From Octopus bimaculoides (taxonomy: Eukaryota): DNA of 64,000 nucleotides. The position numbers and the translations under genes are program-made. The DNA lies in assembly GCF_001194135.2 (NCBI RefSeq), contig NC_068982.1, positions 67,319,854 through 67,383,853 on the forward strand, in the 5' to 3' direction. Positions 11,601 to 25,451 of the stretch are shown piece by piece (positions within the stretch are counted from its first letter, which is position 1; every line of letters begins with the position of its first letter). The notes beneath the pieces are model-generated. The model was given only the letters and a program-made list of their open reading frames with translations, made no database searches and was not told the DNA's origin.

Positions 11601-12484
11601 AAATCAGATGTCAAATAAAATGTGTGTATGCATGTGCATATATATAAATTATATATGTGAACGTATCTGTGCCTACCCATGCATATAGAATTATGTATTT
11701 GTGAATATCTGTTTATAAACATGTACTGGCGTTACATGTCTTTCTACTTTAATAAATAAGCATAACACAAAAAAGACAACGAAGCTTTGAGGTTTCCTTC
11801 TCTTGTCTTTCGACCACCAAGGTCAATAAAAATAGTCAGAAATAACAACCAAATTTCTAATCAAAATCACACCCTACAACTGGATAATGCAACCCTCAAC
11901 ACAATATCCAAAAATTTGATGGAATAGCCATGGTTGGATTGTTTTGGTCATAGATCTACTTCAGGTCAGGTAAAATTTAACCTGAGGTTAAGCAACAACA
12001 TAGTGCTAAAATCTTATGATCAGAGATGGATTCTTAGAGCTCCATATTTAAGCTATTATCTTACTGTGCTACTCCGTACTGTTACGAGATAATATCTCCA
12101 CATAATCAATAAACTGACAAAAAGTAACATAATTACAGGTAAGTTCCAGTAAAACTAATCATCTCTACGAAGTGGAGTTTCAATTTCTTTTCTGTTTTTT
12201 TTTTAAATTCCATTTTCGAAGCAAATTAGCTCCAAGCAAATCTCTTGTGTTATCTCTTGTATCTTTACAGATTAAAAACATTTTGGCACACACCATTCAC
12301 AAAGATCTTCTTTTCAGCTCTAGTCACTAATGCAGATTCTTTTCAGAACTCTAGTTACTAATGCAGCAGTGTTGATAATAAACATAATGTAATACAATGG
12401 TGAATGAATAATAGAAGTGAAAAAAAACAAAAACAAAAAAACAACATCACTCCTTTAAAAATACATTTGGAAATTTATTTAAGA

Positions 12485-12547
<63 letters not shown>

Positions 12548-13441
12548 CTGTGAACTTTACTCTAATTCGAAAAATTTTGAAAGTGGGGGAGGAAGCCCTG
12601 AAACATTTGAGCAAATGTTTAAATGTTTAATTCATATAATGCACTAATGTGTGGTTGTGTGGGGGTATTGGTACCTGATGATTTTGATGCTGATGATGAC
12701 GACGATCACGAGGAGGAGGAGGAGGAGGAGGAGTTAATAGAGAGAGTGGGTGAGAATGGTGATGACAATATTGAGATTGTGAGCAGTGATAGTGACAGAA
12801 CTTGACAATAACGTGGGTGGATGACAAAGAAGTAAGAAAGGTGAAAGATGAGAAATAGAGAGGAAATGATGATGGTGGTGGGTGTATAATGCTGATGATG
12901 ATGATAATTTGTAATGGGGGAGCAGAAAGTGAATATACCTGGAAAAGAAAGTAAGCCTGGTGAACCTGTTACTTAAGAATAGAATTATAACTTGAAAAGA
13001 TTTGTAGCATGTTTCTACCTTTGAAATGTAACATACACATATGTATAGAAATGTGTGCATGCATGTGTGTGTGTGTGTGTGTTGTATTTATGAGAGTGTA
13101 TGTGCACTTCAGAGGGTAAAGTATATCTTGTTGTCCCTACAGAAAACATACAGTGTGAGAAACTCAGAGTAGCAATGCAGTGAGTTACCTGCAACTTCAA
13201 ATAAATAAACTCAACGTATATTGAGTATATGCTCTGTAGTGTCTTCTCGCTATCGCTTGACAACTGGTGTTGGTTGGTTCATTTACATCCCTGTAACTTA
13301 ACCTTTCAACAAAAAGATTAATAGATTAAGTGCCGGACTTAAAAATAAGTACTCGTGTCAATCTATTTGACTACACCCTTCAGGGTGGTACACCAGTATG
13401 GCCATAGTCCAATGACCGAAGAAAGTAAAAGATAAATGATA

Positions 13442-14139
13442 CAGGGTGTCCCAAAAGTCACTGATGGGTTTCAATTTTTAATAACTTCCTTAGCTTTACA
13501 AATAAATGCATGAAATTTTGATACAACATAAAGGACAATGGAAATTAATATGCACATGTCTAATTTTGTAACACCACTACATTACATATGAAAAATGACA
13601 TTGCTTTGTCAAGTCTGGGGAATGTGAAGGCCAGTCGACATTGCCATAGCAGGAGATTATTCTCTCTCCAAAGGACTGCCATAGCAACTGCATTGTTTCA
13701 CTTGCAGTATGAGCAGTTGCCCCATCTTGCTGGAACCATGTGTGAGGTCTACTTGGAATGGTTTTCACTTTCCCCAGACTTGACTAGCCTGGGTTTTTAT
13801 TGTAGGGATACCTAAAAGAGATGGTTTACATCAACAAAACAGAGACCCTGGTGCAACTGAAGGAGAACATCAATAGAGAAATCAGAGAAGTGGTGTCTGA
13901 AACTCTTGAGGGTGTTAAGGGGCAAGTTTTGGAAAGAGCATGGGCATGCAAAGCCGAAAATGGCTGCCATTTAAGCGATGTCATTTTTGATATGTGGTAT
14001 AGTGGTGTTGCAAAATTTGACTTGTGCATGTTAATTTCCATTATGTTCTTTATATTGTATCAAAACTTCATGTATTTATTTGTAAAGTTAAGGAAGTTAT
14101 TAAAAATTGAAATTCATCAGTGACTTTTGGGACACCCTG
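13442..14139. mobile_element. Non-autonomous maT/rosa-like (Tc1-mariner superfamily) element with ~165-bp inverted ends
   Basis: TA-CAGGGTGTCCCAAAAGTCACTGATG ... CATCAGTGACTTTTGGGACACCCTG-TA. Transposase fragments WFQQDGATAHTA..WPSHSPDLT (-) and SPDLT..YLKEMVY..HLSDVIF (+). Confidence 0.92.
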
Positions 14140-14602
14140 TATAAGATAAATCTATGAACTCGAGAAGGTTTTTCTGGTGAAAAATATGCTGAAATGATTT
14201 CCTCTTGTTTCCTTTGTCTAGGTAGAAAACCTTATGTTACCTGTTTGTTTCAAAGCTAGATAAACTGGTCATTATGGTGTTAAATGTCCTGTGCTGGAAA
14301 AAGTGACTTGATCAGAAAATATTAATGCTTACTGTAGATTTGAAATCGAAATACATTTTATATGATTAAACACTTATGATTACTCACTCGTCCTCTTCCT
14401 CCCCATCCCCAACACTACCCACATACTATAAATAGATAGATAGAGATAGAGAGAGAGAGAGAGGCAAAATGGCTCTGAGATTATAAAATTAATGGCCTTC
14501 AGGTCATTCCTTACTACTGTCATTGCGTTGCTTTCTTGGGCAGGCATATAATTTAATAAAGTTTATACAAAAATCATTGTCTATCAGTTAGCACATCACA
14601 CA

Positions 14603-14604
14603 CA

Positions 14605-14675
<71 letters not shown>
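14603..14675. repeat. (CA)n microsatellite
   Basis: Seen directly. Confidence 0.97.
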
Positions 14676-14678
<3 letters not shown>

Positions 14679-14999
14679 GATGCATGCACACATACACATT
14701 TACATCCACAGGTGTGTATGTATATAGTGGAGTATAATGAGATGGTTCCCAAGCTGTTATCTTCTGCCTACGTCTAAATATATTAGTCAGCTGAATGGCT
14801 TCTTTGGATAGCAACATAGTAATTTCTGGAAATTCTCTTTCATTCTCGACCATTTTTTGGCGGGGTTTGATCTCCCTGACCTATAATTATAGCAGAGAGT
14901 TTTCCAATTATATTTAAGATCTGTTGAACAAGAAAAGAGGAAGTTGTTTTCCTTTTCCTTTTATTTTGTACATATTTCAATACCATTTTAAGATTAAAG

Positions 15000-15605
15000 A
15001 CCTTCTAGGCAGAGGTAGCAATAATTTTTACTAAAAAGATGGAGAGACAATAGCAAAGAGAAGTAATATAGGGAAGAATGAGATGAACAGAGAAAAAATA
15101 GTGTAGAAAGAATTGAAGGAAAAAGAGAAAAGAAAAATGGAAGAAAGAGAGATAAGGGAAGGAGGATGATTAAAATGTTGGAAATAGAGATTGAGAGGTA
15201 CAAAAAGAATGAGGACTAGAATGTGTGAGAGGAAAGAGAAAAATAGAGAAGATTAAAAGAGAGAGAGAGGGAGAGAGAGAAACAAACAAACAGAGAAGGC
15301 AGGGGAATGATGGAAAGTGAGAAAGAAATAAGGAAAATAAAGAAAATTATATTTGTTTGTGTGTGGGGTGAGTGGGAGAGAGAGAGGGAGAGGGAGAGAG
15401 AGAGAGCGAGAGTGAGAGAGAGAGAATGAGAGAGAGAGAGAGAGAAACAGACAGATAGACAGACAGAGAAGATGGGGTAATTATGGGAAAGGAGAGAAAA
15501 ATAAAACAAGAATGAGAGAGAATAAGAGAGACAAAAAGAACAGAAGTGGGGAATGAAGGAGAGAGAGATTGGTGTAAAGTGAATGAGTTAAATAATAAGT
15601 GAGAA

Positions 15606-15650
<45 letters not shown>

Positions 15651-15659
15651 GAGAGAGAT

Positions 15660-15690
<31 letters not shown>

Positions 15691-15790
15691 TGTGGATGTG
15701 TGAAAAGACTGGGAAATGCTGGAAAGAGAGGATAAAGTAAAAAGAAAAAAAAGAAAAGAAGCTAAAAAAAAGACTAAGTGTGAGAGAAGA
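15000..15790. repeat. Long purine-rich (GA/GAGA/GATA) tract
   Basis: About 800 bp that is almost all A/G on the + strand, with embedded (GA)n runs. Confidence 0.95.
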
Positions 15791-16834
15791 GATGACAAAT
15801 TGTATAACAAAGGAGTTATTAGAAAAATCAGAACAAGTGGAGTCATCCAAGAAGTATAAATATCAATGAATCTAATGGAAAACTGTTTTCTAAATATGGA
15901 AATGGAAACATTCTTCAAAGGGAAATCATATAATTTAAAGAAATACAAAGAAATTGTATTTGCATGATAGCTTCTGTGTCAAGAACAAGGGCAGTAGCTG
16001 ATTTTATTGTTTCAGTTGTACAACAACTGAGATGTCTAATGTTGGAACTTTACACCTTTTGCCTATAACAAACAAGTGAATCCTTATATCTTCATGTATT
16101 TTATTCATGTTGTATTGTGGTCTAGTCTTTAAGATTCCTGATCCTTCACTCAGGTAACCCACATTCTGTTTCTGGGTTGGAAACACTTTAATTTTGAAAG
16201 TGATGACTTGTAGAATCAACAGTATGTTAAACTCATTGCTTTGCAGCATCTAGTTATATATCTTTATTGTCTAAGTTCAAATCTCATCTGCTTTGCCTTT
16301 CATTTTTCTAGGCTCATCACAATCATCATTGTCATCACTTTAATGTCTACTTTTTCCTACATTCATGGGTCAGATGAATTTTATTGAGGCAGATTTCCTA
16401 TAGCTAGATTCCCTCACTCAAGAAGGTTTCTTAGTCCATTTGCTTTGTTGGGCAGCATATATGATTGACATTATCAACATTTTACAGAACTGTGACTCAA
16501 GTTCGGTGTCAGGATTGACGTAAGCCTAACAACACATTAAACTGGAGCTTAACCCAATTTCTATGGCATATACATGACTGAGATCATTATAATCCACAAC
16601 GATCCATCACTGTGACTCATTTGTAGCTGAGCGAAGTAGAGCAATGGGAAATTAAGTATTTTGCTCCAAAACACAATGCATCACCACTTGGTCCAGAAAT
16701 CAAAACCACAATTGTAAGATCATAAATGCAACACGCTAAACACAAGGCCACACACTTTCAAGCTTGGTATTGATGCATCAAAAATGTTGAACCATAACAA
16801 GCTAGACTTATATCTCAAACAAGTAATAATTCTT

Positions 16835-17045
16835 TCTACAATAGGCACAAAGCTTGAAATTTGGGGGAGGGGCTTGTTGATCACATCGACTCCAATGCTC
16901 AACTGGTACTTATTTTAGCAACTCTGGAAGGTTGATGAAAGACAAAGTTGACCTCAGTAGAATTTGAACTCAGTACATAAAGATGGATAAACTGTTGCTA
17001 AGCATTTTGTTTGGTGTGCTAACAAATCTGCCAGCTCACCACCAT
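16835..17045 (-). mobile_element. Family A SINE
   Basis: Ends in tctgccagctcacc, the reverse complement of the GGTGAGCTGGCAGA head. Confidence 0.8.
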
Positions 17046-17395
17046 GAAGCAGGTAATAATACAATTGTGTTTCTTAAAGGCAAACAAGATATATTATTAG
17101 CTAAAGCCAATCAAATAAACATCAACAAAAATATTTGAAATGCCAAATCAGTCCATCAAGCTTTGAATGTTATTTCAGCTTCTATTAATAAATATTGTGA
17201 TTTGATAACTGTTACAGGAACAAACATTGTAAATGATGTTACATCTCATTCTCAAACAACAATCTATTTCAGAGAGTTGTAATATCATTGCTATGCTAAT
17301 ATTATTGTTGTGTTACAAACATTTTACAGGCTTATACATGATCAAGACTATTTAAGGTGGATACTAGCTCATTGTCAGAGAACTTGATTATTTAA

Positions 17396-17530
17396 TTGAA
17401 TAAAGCTTTTGGATGTAGATGGAAACTAAAAGAAGCCTGTTGTGTATATATGTATGTATGTATGCATGTATGTACGTATGCATGTATGTACGTATGCATG
17501 CATGTATGTATGTATGTATGTGTATGTATA

Positions 17531-17580
<50 letters not shown>

Positions 17581-17612
17581 AACATACATGCATACATACA
17601 TACATACATACA

Positions 17613-17646
<34 letters not shown>

Positions 17647-17920
17647 CATGCAAATGTACGTTTGCATGTGTGTGTGTATGCTTCTGTTTCCTTGTCTTGA
17701 CATTATGCGATTACTGTAAATGAGTGACATTTGTTTAATATTTTTTAGAAACATGTCTGGCCATGGAGAAATATTACCTTGTCCGGAAACAGGTGAGGGC
17801 TGGTGACTGGAAGGGCATCCAGCTGTAGAAAATCTGCCTCAATAAACTCTTCTGACCCATGCAAGCATGGAAAAGTGGACATTAAAATGACAACAATGAC
17901 AACAACAGCAACGATGACAA
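17396..17920 (+). mobile_element. SINE-B-related fragment with expanded internal (TATG)/(TA)/(CATA) microsatellite, followed by an RTE-type 3' end
   Basis: gatggaaactaaaagaagcc leads into ~240 bp of microsatellite; then gaagggcatccagctgtagaaaatctgcc..catggaaaagtggacattaaa. Confidence 0.7.
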
Positions 17921-18699
17921 TTTATTTTCTTCTACAGAGTGTATCCTTACAGCAGTATTCACTAACAGGCTTCTTAATCAGTGCCTACCTTTATAATATA
18001 ACAATTATTCACCTTCTTCCAACAATCTTTTGCAGGTGTTAAAGTTTGATCACAGACCAGTGATTCAGTTTTTCACCCAGAGTCACCGTTAAGCCATGCA
18101 CTTTATATGCCTATGAATCAATACATATTCAATTTAACCTGGAATACACCCAAAGGTAAATGACTAGCTGACTATTATGAATTTGCACCTGATAACAATG
18201 TCTTTGTTAAGAATCTATGGAGCTATTTACATGGACATCATTGTGCAAGGCTTTCGCATTTACTAAGCAATGAATCTTGAAGGGTAGAAATCAATATTAT
18301 GACTGTAAACCTGTAATCCAGTTCATGTTCTGCACATTATAATAATACCCATCATTCTTATACTATTGTACACATGTTAATGCATTCACATATATTTCAT
18401 CTCACAATTAATGTTATTTTTGTTCACTTATTCATTCTGTTACACCTTTCCCAATCATTGCACAGAAGATATATTTCTATAATTATATAGTGTGTAATAC
18501 TACAACACCCCCTTCTTAATATAATGATTAACTATACTAAGGCTAGAGGTACAACTGATTAAATGAATCCTAGTACATACCAGGTACTTATTTATTGATC
18601 TGGGGGGATTACAACCGAAGTCAACTCTAGTGTAGTTTGAACTAAATTTATTAGTCATTACTACTGTATCTGTTATTGAATTTATTATATGTTGTTATG

Positions 18700-19135
18700 T
18701 GGATCAGCAGAATTGTTAGAACACCAGTAAAAAAACGTGTTATTGTATTTAGTCAAAGCCTTCTATGTTCTGAGTTCAAATCCAACCAAGGTCAATGCAA
18801 TCTTTTAGCCTTTTGAGGTCAATAATATAGAATACTGATGAGGTACTAAGGCTGATTTTATCGACTGCTCCCTCCCAACAAAATTTCTGGTCATGTGACT
18901 ATATAAGAAGTCATCATTATATATGATAAGGCAGCAAACTGGCAGAATTGTTAGTTTATTGGGCAAAATTCTCAGTGGTATTTGTTTCAGCTCTTTAAGT
19001 TCTGAGTTCAGACCTCACCAAGATCAACTTTGCCTCTGAGGTTTGTAAAATAAAATACTTACCAAGTACTGGGATCAATATAATCAAATTGCCTCTCCCC
19101 TGAAAGTTACTGGCCACATACCAAAATTTGAAACC
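18700..19135 (+). mobile_element. Two tandem family A SINE copies
   Basis: Each has gcagaattgttag..gttctgagttca..aagtact. Confidence 0.7.
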
Positions 19136-19157
19136 AATTTTATATATTATTCTTTAA

Positions 19158-19382
19158 CCCTTTAGCATTCTGATTATTCCATCCAATGAAATGCTTATTT
19201 ATTCACATTACTTTGAGTTAATCATGCATTATCTTGTAGCTTTGAGATTTTGATGTTGTGATTGCTCCTTTTGAAGAATAACATTGTCATGAAGGTGTGA
19301 GAGGCTGGATCTGGTCAGTTTTTTTTATCATAAAACAGGTAGAATATCTGAGCAGGATATGGCCAGTTTAAATACTAAAGGG
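19158..19382. mobile_element. piggyBac-type MITE (best-preserved copy)
   Basis: TTAA-CCCTTTAGCATT ... AATACTAAAGGG-TTAA. TTAA target with CCC/GGG ends is the piggyBac signature; no ORF. Confidence 0.85.
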
Positions 19383-19633
19383 TTAAGGTGGTAAATGACA
19401 ACGTCAGTAGAACAACAGTTTAAATACTTTGAAATGTTTAATTACTTTCTTGTACACTCTGAGTTCAAATCCCACTGGGGTCAAATTTGTGTCTCTTCCA
19501 TCCAAGCTCAATAGAATTAGTACCAATCAAGTACTGGTGCAGGTTTAATCAAATACACAAAATGTTTGACTTGTACAAACATCAATCATTATCATGTTAA
19601 TATATTTCAAATTTTTAATATGTTGTTCTATTC

Positions 19634-19850
19634 AAAGGTGGTGAGCAGGCAGAATCATTATCAAGCCAGGTAAATGCTTAGCAGCATTTCATCCGCCTTT
19701 ATATTCTGAGTTCAAATTCTGCCATGGTTGACTTTGCCTGTCATCCTTCCAAGGTTGATAAAATAAAGTACCAGTTATGCACTGGGGTCAATGTAATTGA
19801 TTTATCCACTTCTTCAAAATTACTAATCTTGTACTAAAATTTGAAATCAA
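19634..19850 (+). mobile_element. Family A SINE
   Basis: ggtggtgagcaggcagaatcatt..ttctgagttcaaattctgcc..gactttgcc. Confidence 0.8.
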
Positions 19851-20744
19851 GATGTTGTTCTATTCTTTTGCTATTTCATTGGTCTTAGTAAATGGACTGT
19901 GGCCATATTGAGGCACTACATCCAATGGTTTTAATTTATTATATTGCCCCAAGTACTTTGGCTTGCATGTAGTTTATCAGTCAACTTCAGAGAGAAATGC
20001 AGTGTTGACCTTGGCAAAAGGAGCTTAATCACAGCAGAACAGAAACCAGAAAGTAATTTCATTTGACACACTATAATCATCATTTTGTATGTGTGTGTGT
20101 AATGTATGTAATTGTGAGCATATGTGTGCATGTAATTGTGTGTGTGCATGTGTAATTGTACGTGTGTGTTTGTGTCTTTATGTTTGTGTCACTTAAGCAT
20201 TTACTCATAAAACCAAATGCTCCAATAATTATTGGTATAAACATGAATTTATAATCTGGATAGAGAAGCTGGAGGTTTGAAGCAGTTGTCCATTGTTATC
20301 CTCTTTGTCTTTGAGTTCCGACCAGATATTTACATTAGCAGGACAGTTGACCTTTATGTACACACCTACTATTTTTTTTTTTTTTTTATCTGTCTCAAAC
20401 AACAATATCTGGTCTGTTATGTTTACACTTGACAGATGTTTTGATGAAAATGGTCCACCAGTATTACTTGTGTTAATATTTGTGTATGTATTTAATAACA
20501 GGGATTCTCTATATTTATTTCAGGTCAGTCTTTTCCCCAAATGGCATTGATTATTGTTTTTGTGACACCGTGTTGCATGGGGAGATAGTACTCTGATAGC
20601 ATTTTTGGGCAGCTGCTAATCACATATGTGATGCCTTCCACAGAAAAACAACATAATCTACATTTTCAGTTGCATCTTAGAGCTCCAAAGGTTTCACTGT
20701 CTCTTTTGTTGATTAGGTATTTAGTAGCAGTCTCCTGTTCTTGG

Positions 20745-20940
20745 ATGGAAAATGCATAGCCTTCAGAATGCTTAGTGGCATTTCATCCGTCTTTATGTTC
20801 GAAGTTCAAATTTCACTGAGGTTGACTTTGTCTTTCCTCCTTTTGGAGTTGATAAAATAAGTACCAGTTGAGCACTGGGGTTGATGTAATCAACTTAGCC
20901 CCTCCCCCCAAATTACTGGCCTTGTGCCAAAGCTTGAAAT
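20745..20940 (+). mobile_element. Family A SINE
   Basis: aatgcttagtggcatttcatccgtctttatgttcgaagttcaaatt.. Confidence 0.8.
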
Positions 20941-20944
20941 CAGT

Positions 20945-21603
20945 GTTACTGTCTTCTTCAAATCTTCAGGAAACATACCCATGCATAGTCATATTCTGGT
21001 ATGCTGAGCATTTCATATCCAGGTCTTCTTTGGAGTATGTTAGTCTGGCCGTTTTGAGGTTATATGAGAGGTCATAAGGAAAAGAGTGCTTCCTCACCAT
21101 CAACATGAAGGAAATTTTACCGGTGAGTGTGTTAAATTTTAAGGCACAATAAGAAAATGACTCTCCCCAGACACAACAACATGAAGGATGTTGTTCTCTT
21201 TGCTTTTTAGTACAAAGTTTATGTATTCATTTTTGCTGCAGTCATTTAGCAAGTACTGTCTGAGAGAGACTATACAACATTCAAAAGTTGTCTACACTGA
21301 TTATAAGTCTCTACCTCCTTCATCGCTTCTTAAGTAGAGCCTGCTGATATCACTATTTCTGTGGAAGTTCCAGTTGATGTCAGGATCTTGTAGGTTTTCA
21401 CATCTATGGAGTGAATTACCTCTACAGACCAATCAAGTATCCCAAATGTTTGAATCAGCACTGGTACCGCAAATGCAGTGTGGGATATTGTCTTGTTGTA
21501 AGAGGAAAATTATGACCACCATATTTTTCTGGTATAATATTCTCAGTCACTCTATCTTTATTCGTAGAACTTTTGTATATGTTTTCATCAATGTCCAGGT
21601 ATT
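20945..21603 (-). mobile_element. Degenerate R4/Dong-like non-LTR retrotransposon fragment
   Basis: Manual translation with frameshifts: YLDIDENI..EYYTRKIW..AFAVPVLIQTFGILDWS..IDVKTYKIL..FHRNSDISRLYLRSDEGGRDL..MHGY. This is the post-RT region of R4-type elements. Confidence 0.8.
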
Positions 21604-21674
21604 TGTAGCATGTTTGTATTTATGTGCATATGTATGCATGTGTGCATGTATGTAAGTAAGTATTTTCATATATG

Positions 21675-21733
<59 letters not shown>

Positions 21734-22879
21734 ACACCTCTAACATCATGACATGTTAGTGAATTAAAGACAAAGAAAGGAAAAGCGTCTATATAATTAC
21801 TTGACCTGTTTGAATCCAGCTGTGATATCTCTTACAGCAAACTTTCCTGCTGTCAAACTGACAGCTGGCCATATACCTAAGAACATTATAATCTGTTCTC
21901 CAATGAGGCATTAAGCAGTTAAATTGTTCATTAGATTGTGATGGGATTAAATTAGAAATGAGATTATTGAATTAATTAATTAATTAATTTTTTTTTTGTA
22001 AGATATCCTATTAGATATTTTTTTTATAAATTTAACTTTGTATATACACATACACAAAGAATCACACACATATGCCTGCAAGTGTACATGCATGTAATTT
22101 ATACATGTATAAAGGAATTTATATATGCATAAATACATAAATGTGTATGTGTATGTGCAAGTTGGTGCCATGCCCAGACAGCATATTTTGCAGCATTTCT
22201 GTGTTTAAATTTCCCTAAGGTCAACTTTGCCTTTCATTTTTTGGGATTCAATAAATTAATGTACCAGTTGAAAGCTAGGGGTTGATGTAACTGACTTAAC
22301 CTTCACCTAGAATTACTGGCCTTGTGCCAAAATTTGAAACCACCACCACCATCATCATCGTCGTCGTTGTCATTGTCACCATTACAATAATACTTGAAAT
22401 AAGATGAAAGATTAAGCTGTTCTGTGCAGGAGTTAAACTAAGAACTGTAAGCTATGAATCTAATCCAGGACCCAGCCACAAATGTCCATTGTTGATAGAC
22501 TGTTATGTATGTTACTGAAATAAGTGAAAAAATATATAAGAGAAGCTTAAAAAAAGAAGACACATAGATATTGAACAGCCTTAACCTGTTTCTGGGAAGT
22601 TACTAGATTTTGAGTGTGTATGCATATAACTAATTAAGATACCTAATTTTTTTTCCACACCTTAGAAACACCTTGACAACCTGTAAAACTAGTAGTTCAA
22701 TAATTGATTAACAGTAGTATTAGTGTTGTTTCAATGAACATTGCTATTGTTGCTGCTCCTGATGCTGTTTTGCTTTTAGCCATTTTCTATGGAGCCAGTC
22801 ATATTGATTCCTTTTGACTAAGTAGAAGGACAGAGAAATATAGGATGATGTCTGTCTCAAGCCTACAGGCCTATTTGTG

Positions 22880-23120
22880 GAAGCATGTAGCTTAGTGGTT
22901 AAGGTGTTGGGCTCATGATTGTAAGATTGTGGTTTCGATTCCTTAACCAGGTGACATGTTGTGTTCTTGAACAAAACACTTCATTTCACAATTCTCCAGT
23001 TCACTCAGCAGGCAAATCTGTGACAGATTGGTGTCCCATCCAGGTGAGGAATTTATACGCTATGGAAACCAGTAAGCCAGACCTTATGAGTCAGCATGAC
23101 TCAAAAAGGTAACTTTACTT
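22880..23120 (+). mobile_element. Family C SINE
   Basis: tagcttagtggttaaggtg..ggtttcgattcc..gtgttcttgaacaaaacact. Confidence 0.75.
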
Positions 23121-23137
23121 TACAACAGGCCTATTAA

Positions 23138-23351
23138 CACTTTAGCATTCAGATTACTCTGTCAGATTTAATACTTTTTAATTCACATAGTTTTGAATTA
23201 ATCATGCAATATCTTGTAACTTTCAGATTTCAATGATGTGATTGCATATTTTTAGAATGACATTGTAGGGAAGGTGTAAGAGGCCAGATTTTGACAGTTT
23301 GAACATAAAATGGGTAGAATATTTGGGCCAGATATGGCCAGTTTAAATGCT
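23138..23351. mobile_element. piggyBac-type MITE
   Basis: TTAA-CACTTTAGCATTCAG start; homologous to 19158-19382; right end eroded. Confidence 0.75.
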
Positions 23352-24595
23352 CTCCCAGTTTCTATATGTTTTAAGTGACTGACTATACAAGAGAACACCA
23401 GTCTGTCACAGAGTTGACCTGACTCCCAGCTGCCATTTGTATTAATTTTCAGCTGAGTACAGCAAAAATATATCTTAGAAATGTGTTAGTTACCATATTT
23501 GATGACATAAATGACATACAGGCATATTAGAAACACCCAAACTTCAGCAACATATATTCAGGAAAAATGGTTTTCAGTGCATTAAAGCATGTAATATTGA
23601 CCCAATTTTGCATATAAGACCCCAATAATTTTTTGAGACATTTCTTGAAAAATAAATGCATCTAATATGCTATCAAATACAGAAATTTCGAAGTTGAAGT
23701 CTGTCTTGAGCTTATAGGCCCATTAAACCAGAGCTTGTTCTGGTTTCCTTGGTGTTTTAAATGACTGAGAACATAAGCTTCCCACTGAATGGGAGAGACA
23801 TATGCCTTCCACTGAATGGGGAAGTGTTTCATTACAAGGTTAAGTTCTAGCTTCTACCTCTGCTACTTATTTTCAACTGTGTGTGCTGGGGTGATATAAA
23901 ATGAAGTGCAATTCTCAAAGACACAATGCCGTGCCTGATCCAAAAATCAAACCCATGCTCTAATGATCATGATTCCAGCAGCCTAACCACTTGGCTTCCA
24001 TGGTAGTTAACTTAACCAGTGACAACTTTTTTACTGGAACTTAACTCTCACTGCACTGCTTAAATATTTGCTGGTGATGTAACATGTTAATCATATGCAG
24101 ATCAGTTCTTACAACCACTTTCTGTTGACCAGTAAAAATAAAATTTCTGTACTTCATATTAAATGTGGAGAATTCCAGAATGTACCCAACAATCAAAAAC
24201 GAGTTTACTTGGTTCCAATGTCTCAAGTGCACATGCACTGAACTATGTATACTCAGTCCTATAAAGTAAGGGTTAAGGGATGAAAAAGAAATGTGTCCTT
24301 TGCAAGATTTCCATTCTGAAAGATGAAATTAAAAACTGTATATGAGCTCACTGCTAAGGTTTCAATGTAAAGATATTTGATGCTTCAAAGTTGGAGAAGA
24401 GTAGATTTGTTTACCATGCTAGCACCAAATAACTTCTAAATCACCTTGCAGGCGATAAAGCTGTACAGTTAGACAGCAGGAACAAGTTATAGTATCAGGA
24501 TTAACATGTTGAAATGATGGCTGGTGCTCTGCTGTATAATCAGTAAAATAGTCACTCAGCAAACATCAGGTACATTGCTTCAATTATATCAAACG

Positions 24596-24800
24596 CATTA
24601 GCATTTAAACTGGCCATATCTGACCAAAATATTCAAACCAGCCAGATCTAGCCTTTCATAATTACCCTGCAATGTCCATTCTAAAAGTAAACAATCACAT
24701 GATCGAAATTTTGTAGCTACAAGATAATATATATGATTAATTTAAAGCGATATGAATAAATAAGCATTACATTTGACAGGGTAACCTGAATGCTAAAGGG
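24596..24800. mobile_element. piggyBac-type MITE, opposite orientation
   Basis: Ends AATGCTAAAGGG-TTAA (24801-24804). Confidence 0.75.
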
Positions 24801-25179
24801 TTAAACATGCTTTTCTTCATTATCTGAAACTGATGTTCAAATGTTTAATGCCACATAAGATGTTATATGACCTTGATTGACAGACCTAAACTATTGCCCA
24901 GTTTAACACACCCCCTGGTACCCAGGTTACCTTTTGTGGAGTTCACATGGTTGCAAAAGTTTAGGCTATGTCACCAGCTTGAAGATATCTTTTTCCCTTC
25001 CTCCCTCAATCACTCTCACCAATCTCAGAAGACCTGTAAGGGGTCAGAAATACTGCATGCTTCCTTGATGAAGAAATGAAAAATAAACTCGAATGTTCTC
25101 CAGTCTTGCCCTCCACTTGAAAATCAACAAATTGCTTTACAAACAAAGTTTGCATGAAAAAGAATATCTCTACTCTTTA

Positions 25180-25448
25180 TCATCATCATCATCATCATCA
25201 TTATCATCATCGTCGTTTAACGTCCGCTTTCCATGCTAGCATGGGTTGAATGATTTGACTGAGGACTGGTGAAACCAGATGGCTACACCAGGCTCCAATC
25301 TGATTTGGCAGAGTTTCTACAGCTGGATGCCCTTCCTAACGCCAACCACTCCGAGAGTGTAGTGGGTGCTTTTACGTGCTACCCGCACGAAGGCCAGTCA
25401 GGCGGTATTGGCAACGGCCACGCTCAAAATGGTGTATTTTACGTGCCA
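25180..25448 (-). mobile_element. RTE-type 3' end with (GAT)n tail
   Basis: Near-identical to 10966-11130 and extends into the subrepeat-bearing 3' UTR. Confidence 0.85.
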
Positions 25449-25451
25449 TAA

